Below are positions 9,561 through 18,239 of a DNA stretch of 56,196 nucleotides, piece after piece (within the stretch, counting starts at the first letter, position 1; each line of letters begins with the position of its first letter). This DNA comes from Gammaproteobacteria bacterium (GTDB taxonomy: Bacteria > Pseudomonadota > Gammaproteobacteria > SZUA-229): the NCBI GenBank assembly GCA_024277705.1, contig JAJRUQ010000118.1:1-56196 (forward strand), given 5' to 3'. Made by a program: the position numbers and the translations under genes. Below the pieces are notes generated by a model that was not told the origin of the DNA, made no database searches, and saw only the letters and a list, made by a program, of their open reading frames with translations.

Positions 9561-10814
9561 TTAAAAATACCGGGCAAGCTGTGCAAACAGGTTGATTCCG
9601 GTGCTTAGTTGTTTGCCGGTAACGATACCGCCGTATTCTGACCCGGTGGCACCGACGGGAACGCTTAGGGCGGTCAGTAAACGCCATTCCTGTTTCAGGT
9701 CATAGTTACTGACCAGTTGCGCCAGATATGAACCGTCATTGGCATTGATGAAGATGTTGGGTGTCAGTAACCATAACGGTGTCATTTCTATCATGGCGGA
9801 GACAGCGAGGTAGTGCCGGCCAAGGGTGTACAGTTCACCACGTTGCAGTCGTTTGAGTAAAGCGGTATTTTGAGCCAGTGCTGCCGGGCTGTAGTCGCCA
9901 TTGCTCTGGCCAAAACCGTTATAAAAATATTCGACAACAGCGCTGACATTATGTCCCCGGAGCATCCATGAATAGCTTAGGCTGGTGACCAGACTGGTAA
10001 TGTTGCCGGTTCGTGTGTCGCTAAGTGTGATGTCGCCTCGCCAGATAGCATCACTGATATCGGTGATTCCACCAAGTCCCAGAATTTTATCATCATAATG
10101 TTCGGCAAGCAGCAGATCAAATTCATTACCGCCGGCAAAGCCATGGTATTTAATGGTGATTGAATCAACATCACTGCTGACGTCACCGTTATTATTGCGC
10201 CGGATAACCCAGACTGCCTGCAGGTCATTACCGTTTTTCTGCAGATATTGGCCGTACAGCATGTCGTCACCGGGCTTGTATTCCTTGTCGATGGCAGCGG
10301 GGTCGAATGGATTGAAAAAATCCATGGGGGTGTAGATAAGGCCATTGCCCCAGCTGATGGCCTGGCGACCAAAGCGTATCACTGTATTTTCTCCCGTAAC
10401 ATCAACATATAAACGGTCGAGGCGGTGAGTGAGTGTGCTGTTATTGTTCTATGAAATGACACGGGTTAAATTAAACAGACGACGATCATCGTTGAGTACC
10501 CGGTTGGGGATGAGAATTTGTCCGGGCAGGCTGTTTGACAGGGCAACACTGTCACCATATAGCGGGATCATCTGGTAATCGGTGGCGATGCTGAGTTTAT
10601 CTGTACGCTAGTCGAATTTCAGGCGTAGTTCACCGGCATGATCGATGGAAGGTGAATCTACATAATCAAGAAACAGGCTGTCGTCGGGGAAGGTGTTGAG
10701 CAGAAGGAAATATTTTGCATGGCCGCCTTTAAATTAGGGCAGGTTAACATCACTGCCGGTAACAGCAGGATTTAATTGTGTGCAGCATAATAATAAGAAA
10801 AGCAGGCGAATCAT
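9561..10814 (-). pseudogene. outer-membrane beta-barrel protein (DUF1302-like) with three in-frame nonsense codons
   Basis: A single frame runs from ATG 10814, which overlaps the upstream ATPase stop as ATGA. It encodes a signal peptide (MIRLLFLLLCCTQL) and ends in the terminal ...LARYF. The frame is interrupted by TAA (10734-10736), TAG (10608-10610) and TAG (10449-10451). Confidence 0.75.
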
Positions 10815-11395
10815 TGTATCTGGTCACTGATGATTTTCCCGTCTTCCATTTTAATTAACCGTTTGGCATATTTCATTATGCGTACATCGTGGGTCGCGAT
10901 AACAAAAGTAACATGCTGCTGCTGGTTGAGTTCGGTAAACAGATCCATCAGCTGGCCGCCGGATAATTGTGCCGGACGCCGTTCTTCCATGCCTTCAAGT
11001 CCCACCTCCTGCAAAATTTTATATGATTTTATAGAACGCTCGGCTGCCGGCATACCACTGACCTGCATGATAAATTCGACATTTTCACGTGCGCTTAGCA
11101 CCGGTATGAGATTGTAGGACTGGAACACAAAGCCAATTTTGTGTAAGCGCATGTCAGCCATAGCACCTTTACCGAGTTTGTTAATCAGGATATCAGCGAT
11201 GGTTATTTCGCCACTGTCGGGGGTGTCCAGGCCACCGATAGCATTAAGCAGGGTGGTTTTTCCGGAACCGGAAGGACCGGACAGACAGACAAAATCACCT
11301 TCTTCGATGGTAAGCGAAATATTGTCCAGCCCGGTGATGATTTCTTCTCTCTGCCTGAATGTTTTGCACAGGTCTTTGCAGACGATTGAGCTCAT
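10811..11395 (-). pseudogene. ABC transporter ATP-binding protein (LolD/MacB-type) with in-frame deletion of Walker B and D-loop
   Basis: Walker A (GPSGSGKTT), the Q-loop, the LSGGQ signature and the H-loop (IATHD) are all present. LSGGQ is joined directly to LMDLFTELN (junction about 10951/10952), so roughly 35 aa including hhhhDEPT are missing. Confidence 0.75.
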
Positions 11396-11477
11396 AATGC
11401 GATACCTGTGGTAAACCGTAAGCATGAAAAAAGTATGCAACTGTTTTTTAGGCAATGCCAGGTGTTCGGCAGTTTTG

Positions 11478-12389
11478 TCATGCGTTTTCCCCCAGGGCTT
11501 CTATCGGGTTTAATTTTGCGGCATGCCAGGCCGGCAGAATACTGGCGAGCAGGCCCAGAATAATAACAACGGCATTGGCGAGTAACATATCGTTGAGTTT
11601 TAATGCCGGATACAAAACACTGCTGCTGCCCATCATTTCCATGCCTTCGGCAACTCCCGATATATCAATACCATTTTGTAGCGGAATGATGGTAGCGACT
11701 GCGCTGATATTGCCCAGAAACAAACCGGTCAGCAACAATAAAAAAGATTCCATCAGAACCTGATACAGAATCATATCGGGGCGCATGCCCAGTGCCTGCA
11801 TTAAACCGATTTCACGGCTGCGCTCAAACACGGCCATGATGAGAGTGTTGACCAGGCCAAAAGGCAGGGTGAGAAAAATGACGATAATCCAGACCAGTAT
11901 AAAGCCGTCCATCATGGCCAGCATACTGCCAAGATATTCATCTGCTTCATACCAGGGCAGGGTTTGCAGCTTGTCGCCGGCAGCACTTCTGATGATGGGA
12001 TACCAGTTGTCGACATGCCGGTAGTCTTCACCGGTAACGGCAATTTCAGATATCTGTGTGCCCATATTGAGGAGTGTCTGTATGGTTTTCAGACCGGTAT
12101 AAACATATTTTTCCTCCTGGCTGGCCAGTTTGGCCTGATAGATACCAACAATACGGAAGCCACGGTCGGCAATATTATTGTCCGGATCCTGGCTCATGAT
12201 AACGATGCGTTTGCCCAGCCGGGTTTCAAGCCGCTGCGCCATCTTTGCACCAATGATAATGCCCTGATCGTTACTGTCGTCGAGGTAACGGCCTTTGCTG
12301 ATGCTGTCAGCAGTAAAACCCAGCAGCCGTTCTGTTTCCGGAATAATACCGATTAATGTGACCCCGCGGCTGTCGCGTTCACTTGAGAT
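11478..12389 (-). pseudogene. FtsX/MacB-type ABC permease, 5'-truncated
   Basis: The C-terminal FtsX domain is intact. The frame stays open upstream of the annotated Met back to a TAG at 12390-12392 with no start codon, and the first TM helix is absent. Confidence 0.7.
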
Positions 12390-12551
12390 CTAAACAATTT
12401 TCTTGTTTATCCATAATTGTACTTACTCCAGAATTTTTCTGGCTGTGAAAATCATTACAAAAGGAGACCTTCAGGATGTTTTAAATTTTAATTCGCTGCT
12501 AATGTGATTTCAAAATATTGCCATTATGCCCTGTTTAATTACAAAAAAGGG

Positions 12552-12602
12552 AAAAAAGGGGACTACCCTTTTTAAACAAAAAAGGAGACGCTACCCTTTT
12601 TT
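12552..12602. repeat. two tandem A6GG...CCT6 mini-hairpins
   Basis: The two units are AAAAAAGGGGACTACCCTTTTT (12552-12573) and AAAAAAGGAGACGCTACCCTTTTTT (12578-12602). They lie in the AT-rich gap next to the truncated permease. Confidence 0.3.
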
Positions 12603-12728
12603 AGTGTACAAGAGGTGCGTGTTATATTTCCCTAACCGTACATTAACGATAAAACACAGCAAAGGTGTTGCTATACCCAGACTACCAAGGACAGTAAGGT
12701 AAGTTAATGAAGGTGAATTGCAGTAATG

Positions 12729-13139
12729 TTAGTTGTCCTTGTTTTCTTTACCGAGACGGTAGGCCTCGAGTAAGGCGTTTTTTAATTCGGGGTGTTGTTG
12801 CAGGTCGATGATGGAGAGTTCGCGTTGCGCAATTTGCTGTAGTTTTTCGATGATGCCGGCATCTGTCCATGCAGCATTAAAAGCAGCATGGTCCAGAATG
12901 CCGTTGTTGACGTAATCAGCAATAAGTCCTTTTGCATCACTGAATAGTATCGTTTCTGCCAGCATCATTTCATATTCGTAGGAATACGGGCCGATATTCA
13001 TGGCCTTTGCCAGTAGCGGGTACAGGTCGGGTAGTTCACCGCTGGCAAGCATGTGTTGATCCATGTCCAGTTCGATGGACGCGCTGTGTTTTTCGCCTTT
13101 AAAATAAAACTCGACAGATGCTGTGATGTGGTTACTCAT
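12729..13139 (-). CDS. uncharacterised 136-aa protein, fourth gene of the cbbM-cbbQ-cbbO unit
   Basis: The frame is open with a start at ATG 13139 (MSNHITASVEFYFKGE...). It is on the same strand as cbbO, 102 nt downstream. I recognise no motif. Confidence 0.55.
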   Translation of the reverse strand: MSNHITASVEFYFKGEKHSASIELDMDQHMLASGELPDLYPLLAKAMNIGPYSYEYEMMLAETILFSDAKGLIADYVNNGILDHAAFNAAWTDAGIIEKLQQIAQRELSIIDLQQHPELKNALLEAYRLGKENKDN

Positions 13140-13159
13140 TGAATAGTCCAAAAATTGTG

Positions 13160-13232
13160 GCCGCGAAGAACGCAAAAGACGTGAACAAATAAAACTATAT
13201 TACTCTTTTGCGAACTTTGCGTTCTTCGCGGC
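13160..13232. repeat. intergenic hairpin built of CGCRAANRA 9-mers (cbbO / small ORF spacer)
   Basis: The left arm is GCCGCGAAGAACGCAAAAGA and the right arm is TCTTTTGCGAACTTTGCGTTCTTCGCGGC. The arms have two versus three 9-mer units, and the extra unit forms a bulge. Confidence 0.7.
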
Positions 13233-13241
13233 ATGCATTTT

Positions 13242-15521
13242 TTAAGAGGTTAATGCGGCAAATAACATCGGTAGCTTTTCTGGCAGTTTTTCTACGTGGT
13301 CGATAACAGTATAGCCACCGACACCGAAGATATCCTGTATGTAGTCATCGGCTTTTTTATCCAGGCTGATGCAGTAACTGTGCATACCTTTAGAGGATAG
13401 TTCATCGACTGCCTTTTTGGTATCACTGATCAGGTAGCGTTCATCTTCAACATCAATATCCGATGGTTCACCGTCGGTTAATATCAGCATTAGCTTCTTA
13501 TCGGCAATCTGGCCTTCCAGGTAGTGCCCGGCATGACGGATAGCCGCACCCATACGTGTAGAGAAGCCTGCATCCATGGCGGCAAGTCTGCCTTTTACAG
13601 TGTCGTCAAAATGCTCGCTGTAACCTTTGATGTGGTAGTAACGCACATTGTGCCGGGTGTCGGAGTGAAAACCGGCGATAGCGTATTTGTCACCCAGTTG
13701 TTCGATGGTCCAGGCTAATAACGATACCGCTTCCTGACTGAGTTGCAGGATCGTTTGATCTGCACCGTTGGGTACATCATTGAGTGAGGCTGACAGATCC
13801 AGCAGGATCATCACGGCGATGTCACGACCATCATGTTTGTGGCTCATATTGATGCGCGGGTCAGGCTGGGCGCCGCATTTATAATCGATCAGTGAGCGGA
13901 TGGCGATATCCAGATCCAGTTCGCTGCCTTCTTCCTGATAACGCACACGCACGAAACGCTGTGGTTTCAGCTTGTCGAGGATCAGTTTTAACAGTTTTGC
14001 CAGGGCAGCATGTTTTTCTAAAATGTCATCAATGTCAGAAGCGTTAGCCGATGGATGAATGGACTCGTACAGGCTTACCCAGTCAGGTTTGAAGGTGGTG
14101 GTGTTGTAATCCCACTCCGGGTAGTGACGTGGTGGCAGGCCTTCGTTTTCCAGCTCTTCTTTTTTCGTCTGCTGCTTGTTTTCGAAGTCTTCGGCTTCAT
14201 CGTTCTCTTCGATGAACACCCACATGTGGCGGTTGTCATCACGGTAATCCACCTCGGTATTGTCAAAGTGCATCTTCGGCAGCTGGTCACTTTGCAGGCG
14301 GGTTCGCGCAGTAAATGTGATGGCGATATCGACCATGGCTTTGGTGCTGGCGCCGTCTTCTTCCCTGACAACCTTATAGAAACGATCGACAAACTCCAGT
14401 ATATGTTTGTTTTTATAGCCGTGATCAGGGTCCAGAATAGCGCGTGACAACATGGCCAGACGGTGGCGGATGCAGGACTCATTCTCGTTGTCACAATCGC
14501 CTTCGATAGGTGCCGGGTGCAGCGCCATAATATATTTGCGCAAGCCGGGGTACTGTTTGAGCATGAGGTATTCGACGCGAGAATCTTCCAGGTGTTCGAT
14601 GGCGATACGCTGGAACTGGCTGAAGTTATCGGCTACCAGCACATCTGACCAGCGCCGGTGTGCAGCAATATGGGCAATGGTTAAACGGTAACGGTCGATG
14701 CCTGAAACAAAGCCGGACTTGTCATCACTGCCGTCATCAAAATCATCGTAAACATCCGGGATGCGAATACCCAGATTGTCGTAATAAGGGACAGGTTTGC
14801 GTAATTCATCAAAGCCCATTGAATAGGGAACAAAGTAGGACTCGTCCTGCCACATGCTGCGCAGATACATGTCCAGCATGCGCTGGTTGTCCATGTACAG
14901 GGTGCCGTGGCGTTCACGTTGTAATACCGCTCTGCTGTCTGCGGATTGCAGGCTGAAGTAATCTTTTTGCCGTTCGGGGTTGCTGTTGTAGTTGCGCGCC
15001 CCGTATTCCACCCAGTTTTTCAAACCTTCCAGTGACAGCTGGTTTAACAGATAGGGGGTCTGTTTCAGCAGCTCGGGTAATCCCGGGCTGGCGAAGGTGG
15101 TATGGTGGCCATGAATCGAGCCGGTGGTGTTTTCCATGAAATCAAATATGATTTCAAGATAGTATTCCATCTGTTCCAGTGAGCCTAAACGACGGGCGGC
15201 TTCCGGCAGGCAGGCCATAAACGGTGGAATGGAGTTGCCGTTGGGGGTGCGGGACATATCCCATACGGCGTTGGAGACGATTTCCAGTGTCGGCTCACCC
15301 AGGTGACGGGCGATACCGGGCATCTCCTCCAGATAAACCAGTACCGGCTCCCAGCCACGGCCGATCATGCAGACCGTTGATGCACCTTTGAGGTATTTCT
15401 CAATGCCATCATTGGTTAAACCGTTGAGTGCGTCTTTGATATAGTCCTCAAAACAGTCTTCAATTTGAGGAAAACTGCACTTCAGCTTTTCGCGGTAGGC
15501 TTGTAATTCGGATTCTTGCAT
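13242..15521 (-). CDS. cbbO: RuBisCO activase adaptor CbbO (von Willebrand factor A domain)
   Basis: It is about 760 aa with a C-terminal vWA domain and MIDAS motif (LLDLSAS). It lies directly downstream of cbbQ. The start is placed at ATG 15521, because the GTG at 15539 lies inside the hairpin stem. Confidence 0.88.
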   Translation of the reverse strand: MQESELQAYREKLKCSFPQIEDCFEDYIKDALNGLTNDGIEKYLKGASTVCMIGRGWEPVLVYLEEMPGIARHLGEPTLEIVSNAVWDMSRTPNGNSIPPFMACLPEAARRLGSLEQMEYYLEIIFDFMENTTGSIHGHHTTFASPGLPELLKQTPYLLNQLSLEGLKNWVEYGARNYNSNPERQKDYFSLQSADSRAVLQRERHGTLYMDNQRMLDMYLRSMWQDESYFVPYSMGFDELRKPVPYYDNLGIRIPDVYDDFDDGSDDKSGFVSGIDRYRLTIAHIAAHRRWSDVLVADNFSQFQRIAIEHLEDSRVEYLMLKQYPGLRKYIMALHPAPIEGDCDNENESCIRHRLAMLSRAILDPDHGYKNKHILEFVDRFYKVVREEDGASTKAMVDIAITFTARTRLQSDQLPKMHFDNTEVDYRDDNRHMWVFIEENDEAEDFENKQQTKKEELENEGLPPRHYPEWDYNTTTFKPDWVSLYESIHPSANASDIDDILEKHAALAKLLKLILDKLKPQRFVRVRYQEEGSELDLDIAIRSLIDYKCGAQPDPRINMSHKHDGRDIAVMILLDLSASLNDVPNGADQTILQLSQEAVSLLAWTIEQLGDKYAIAGFHSDTRHNVRYYHIKGYSEHFDDTVKGRLAAMDAGFSTRMGAAIRHAGHYLEGQIADKKLMLILTDGEPSDIDVEDERYLISDTKKAVDELSSKGMHSYCISLDKKADDYIQDIFGVGGYTVIDHVEKLPEKLPMLFAALTS

Positions 15522-15533
15522 AATTTTTATATT

Positions 15534-15631
15534 CACCACAGAGGCACAGAGAGCACAGAGTTTTTTATGTTTGTGCTGCGCACAAATAATTATAAAAAGT
15601 TTTTCTCTGTGTGCTCTGTGCCTCTGTGGTG
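15534..15631. repeat. long intergenic hairpin built of CACAGAG repeats (cbbQ / cbbO spacer)
   Basis: CACCACAGAGGCACAGAGAGCACAGAG pairs with CTCTGTGTGCTCTGTGCCTCTGTGGTG, giving a stem of about 27 nt with a small mismatch. An inner hairpin TTTGTGC/GCACAAA is also present. Confidence 0.75.
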
Positions 15632-15646
15632 AAAAGTTTTTTATAT

Positions 15647-16456
15647 TTAACCAAAAATACTATCGATTGAATGATCCAGTGTGCTGCGTATATCGGCATC
15701 ATCGGTGATCGGTCGTACCAGTGCCATGCGGCAGGCGGCTTTGGCTTCGATGCCTTTATTCATTAACACTGCGGCGTAAACCAGCAGACGTGTGGAAATG
15801 CCTTCATCCAGTCCGTGACCTTTCAGGTTACGTGCAGTGTGGGCAACTTTCACCAGTTTTTCTGCGGTTGCGGCATCGGTACCTGCTTCTTTGGCAACAA
15901 TGCTGGCTTCTGTTGTTGCATCGGGGTAATCAAAATCCAGACCGGTAAAACGTTGTTTGGTCGACTGTTTTAAATCTTTCATCAAACTCTGATAACCGGG
16001 GTTGTAGGAAATAACCAGCTGGAAATCGGGGTGCGCGTCAATCAACTCGCCTTTTTTATCCAGAGGCAGCTGGCGACGGTGGTCGGTCAGTGGATGGATG
16101 ACAACGGTTGTATCCTGACGGGCTTCGACAATCTCATCCAGGTAACAGATAGCGCCGATGCGCGCGGCGGTAGTCAGCGGTCCATCCAGCCAGCGGGTAC
16201 CGTTGGCATCCAGCAGATAACGGCCGACCAGGTCTGATGCGGTCATGTCTTCATTACAGGCGACGGTGATCAAAGGTTTGCCCAGTTTCCATGCCATATG
16301 CTCGATAAAGCGTGATTTACCACAACCGGTAGGGCCTTTGATCATCACCGGCAGGCGTGATTCATAAGCCGCCGCGTATAATTCAATTTCGTCTGCAGTA
16401 GCGCCGTAAAAAGGTTCTTCTTTTACTTTATATTGTTCGATATCGATGTCAGTCAT
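15647..16456 (-). CDS. cbbQ: RuBisCO activase CbbQ (MoxR-class AAA+ ATPase)
   Basis: It has Walker A (GPTGCGKS) and Walker B (ICYLDEIVEA), is 269 aa and shows CbbQ/NirQ/NorQ layout. The start is placed at ATG 16456 (MTDIDIEQYK). The track extension is translated repeat DNA. Confidence 0.92.
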   Translation of the reverse strand: MTDIDIEQYKVKEEPFYGATADEIELYAAAYESRLPVMIKGPTGCGKSRFIEHMAWKLGKPLITVACNEDMTASDLVGRYLLDANGTRWLDGPLTTAARIGAICYLDEIVEARQDTTVVIHPLTDHRRQLPLDKKGELIDAHPDFQLVISYNPGYQSLMKDLKQSTKQRFTGLDFDYPDATTEASIVAKEAGTDAATAEKLVKVAHTARNLKGHGLDEGISTRLLVYAAVLMNKGIEAKAACRMALVRPITDDADIRSTLDHSIDSIFG

Positions 16457-16509
16457 TGTTCCCAGCCTTTTGATAAATGTTTTTACCGTTGAGGAAAATC
16501 TAAAATCAG

Positions 16510-16578
16510 TCCGCGAAAAACGCGAATGACGCAAAAAAGATTAAAAGTTTTTTTCGCGTATTTTGCGTTCTTTGCGGA
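16510..16578. repeat. intergenic hairpin of the CGCRAANRA 9-mer family (cbbM / cbbQ spacer)
   Basis: TCCGCGAAAAACGCGAATGACGCAAAAAAGA pairs with TTTTTTTCGCGTATTTTGCGTTCTTTGCGGA, three 9-mers per arm with several mismatches. It shares the CCGCGAARAACGC core with the hairpin at 13160-13232. Confidence 0.7.
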
Positions 16579-16614
16579 TAAATCTTTTGTGTTTCTAGTC
16601 TCTGATTATTGTAG

Positions 16615-16642
16615 AAAAAAAGCCCCACCGAAGTGGTGAGGC
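16615..16642 (-). terminator. intrinsic terminator/attenuator 23 nt after the cbbM stop
   Basis: The minus-strand RNA reads GCCUCACC-ACUUC-GGUGGGGC. This is an 8-bp stem including one G-U pair, followed by U7. Confidence 0.7.
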
Positions 16643-16665
16643 TTTTTCGTACTGATACGTTCGAC

Positions 16666-18048
16666 TTATTTGTGAACGCCCAGTTTGTCTCTCCAGCCAG
16701 GGTAAAGCGCATCTGCATCGCCCGGGAATGATTCGAATGCGCGAGCAAATTCATTATGCTCTTTCGCAAACTCGATTGGATCGGCTTTCGCCATCCAGCA
16801 ATCATAAGCCTGACGCAGTGACTTGGCACCGGCAGCAGGTGAATCGATATGACCGTAAGAACCACCACCAGAAGTGTTGATGACGTTACCGTGACCAAGG
16901 TTCTCGAAGAAGCCGGGAAGGCGCAGTGCGTTCATGCCGCCAGAGATGATTGGTGTCGTCGGCTTCATGCCAAACCATTCCTGGTGGTAAACAGGGCCGT
17001 CAGCGCTGTCACGTTCGATCATGTATGCGATGTTTCTGTCATCCGCACCACCTTCCATCTTGCCGTAACCCATGGTGCCCACGTGGATACCGGAAGCACC
17101 CATAAGACGTGAAAGTTTTGCAAGAACGAACGCAGTGTAACCACGTACTGATGATGGAGAAGTGATCGCACCGTGACCGGCACGATGGTAGTGCAGGTAT
17201 TGACCCGGGTAGTTACGACGTGCCGTTGTCACCATGCCACAACCACCAACATAACCGTCAACCAGGAAGGCAACGTGATGAGCGTTTTCACCAAAGGTTT
17301 CCAGGATGTAGTCAGCACGAGCACACATTTCGTGGTGATCGTCTGCAGTAATGTTCGCTGAGAACAGTTTAGCTTCGCCAGTCTCGTCCTGTGCGCGTTT
17401 CATCGCGTCAGCAACCAGAGGCGTTACTTCTTTCATGCGTGCATAGATCTGGTTGCCCTGAGGCTCATCATTTTTGATGAAGTCACCACCCAGCCAGAAC
17501 TGGTATGCAGCTTCTGCGAAAGGCTTGGGACGAAGACCAAGCTTGGGCTTGATGATAGTACCAGCGATGTAACCGCCTTCGGTGCGTGAACGACCCAGGA
17601 TATTCCACAGGTCGGTGATGTCCATAGACGGGCCATCGAAAATATCAAGCATCTGCTTGGGCACGTGGAAATCGATCATCTGTGCACATTGCACGTCACC
17701 CATGCCCTGGTTGTTACCAATAGCAAGTGTGAGGAAAGAAACAACCATGGCACGACCGTCGATGATGTTGCGGTCAAACAGACCACAAGGGTAAGCGATT
17801 TTCATGATGCCTTTGGCTTCATCAATCTCGTAAACCATCGCGTCCAGGTCTTTGGTGAAGTCGTCTGTAGTAGAAACTTCAACGTTAGTACCGGTAGATG
17901 ATTCAGCGGCAAAGTGAGCTGCTGTTTCCAGATAACCGCCAAAACCAGGCATAGGGGTCATTGTGTAAGCTACCAGGATGTGACCGCCGGCTTTTAAAAG
18001 CTCGTCTTCATCAAGGCTTAGGTCTGCATAACGTGCTGACTGATCCAT
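16666..18048 (-). CDS. cbbM: ribulose-1,5-bisphosphate carboxylase/oxygenase form II
   Basis: The 460-aa protein is near-colinear with the Rhodospirillum-type form II enzyme as I recall it (MDQS.RY..L...., [39 protein letters not shown]). Confidence 0.97.
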   Translation of the reverse strand: MDQSARYADLSLDEDELLKAGGHILVAYTMTPMPGFGGYLETAAHFAAESSTGTNVEVSTTDDFTKDLDAMVYEIDEAKGIMKIAYPCGLFDRNIIDGRAMVVSFLTLAIGNNQGMGDVQCAQMIDFHVPKQMLDIFDGPSMDITDLWNILGRSRTEGGYIAGTIIKPKLGLRPKPFAEAAYQFWLGGDFIKNDEPQGNQIYARMKEVTPLVADAMKRAQDETGEAKLFSANITADDHHEMCARADYILETFGENAHHVAFLVDGYVGGCGMVTTARRNYPGQYLHYHRAGHGAITSPSSVRGYTAFVLAKLSRLMGASGIHVGTMGYGKMEGGADDRNIAYMIERDSADGPVYHQEWFGMKPTTPIISGGMNALRLPGFFENLGHGNVINTSGGGSYGHIDSPAAGAKSLRQAYDCWMAKADPIEFAKEHNEFARAFESFPGDADALYPGWRDKLGVHK

Positions 18049-18177
18049 TTAGATCTCCTCATTATTATTAAAAATTTATTGTGGCAGGGCGGTTGCATGT
18101 GCAGGGTTACCATACCAGGGGCGTGTACTATAGTTCTGAATAAGTATAATTAACACTAAATGTTTTTGATTGTTATA

Positions 18178-18193
18178 ATAAGTAATTACTTAT
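18178..18193. promoter_or_regulatory. perfect 16-bp palindrome ATAAGTAATTACTTAT in the cbbR/cbbM divergent region (candidate CbbR site)
   Basis: It lies 47 nt upstream of the cbbR ATG. The half-site ATAAGTA recurs around 18140-18147. LysR-type regulators bind T-N11-A dyads in such divergent regions. Confidence 0.45.
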
Positions 18194-18239
18194 GATTGAA
18201 TGATAAACTGTAACAATTGAGTAAATCTGGAGGATTACC

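Noticed and set aside
9561-10814. The three in-frame stops in the outer-membrane gene were considered as programmed read-through or stop-codon reassignment.
   Set aside because: TAA and TAG terminate many clearly complete genes in this window. The two adjacent genes of the same operon are independently damaged, so pseudogenisation is the simpler reading.
16506-16898. The 130-aa ORF ending ...FFASFAFFAD was considered as a gene, as were ORFs 51615-51836 and 28501-28692.
   Set aside because: Their distinctive parts are translations of the intergenic hairpin or tandem repeats, and the rest overlaps the cbbM or nadK coding sequence.
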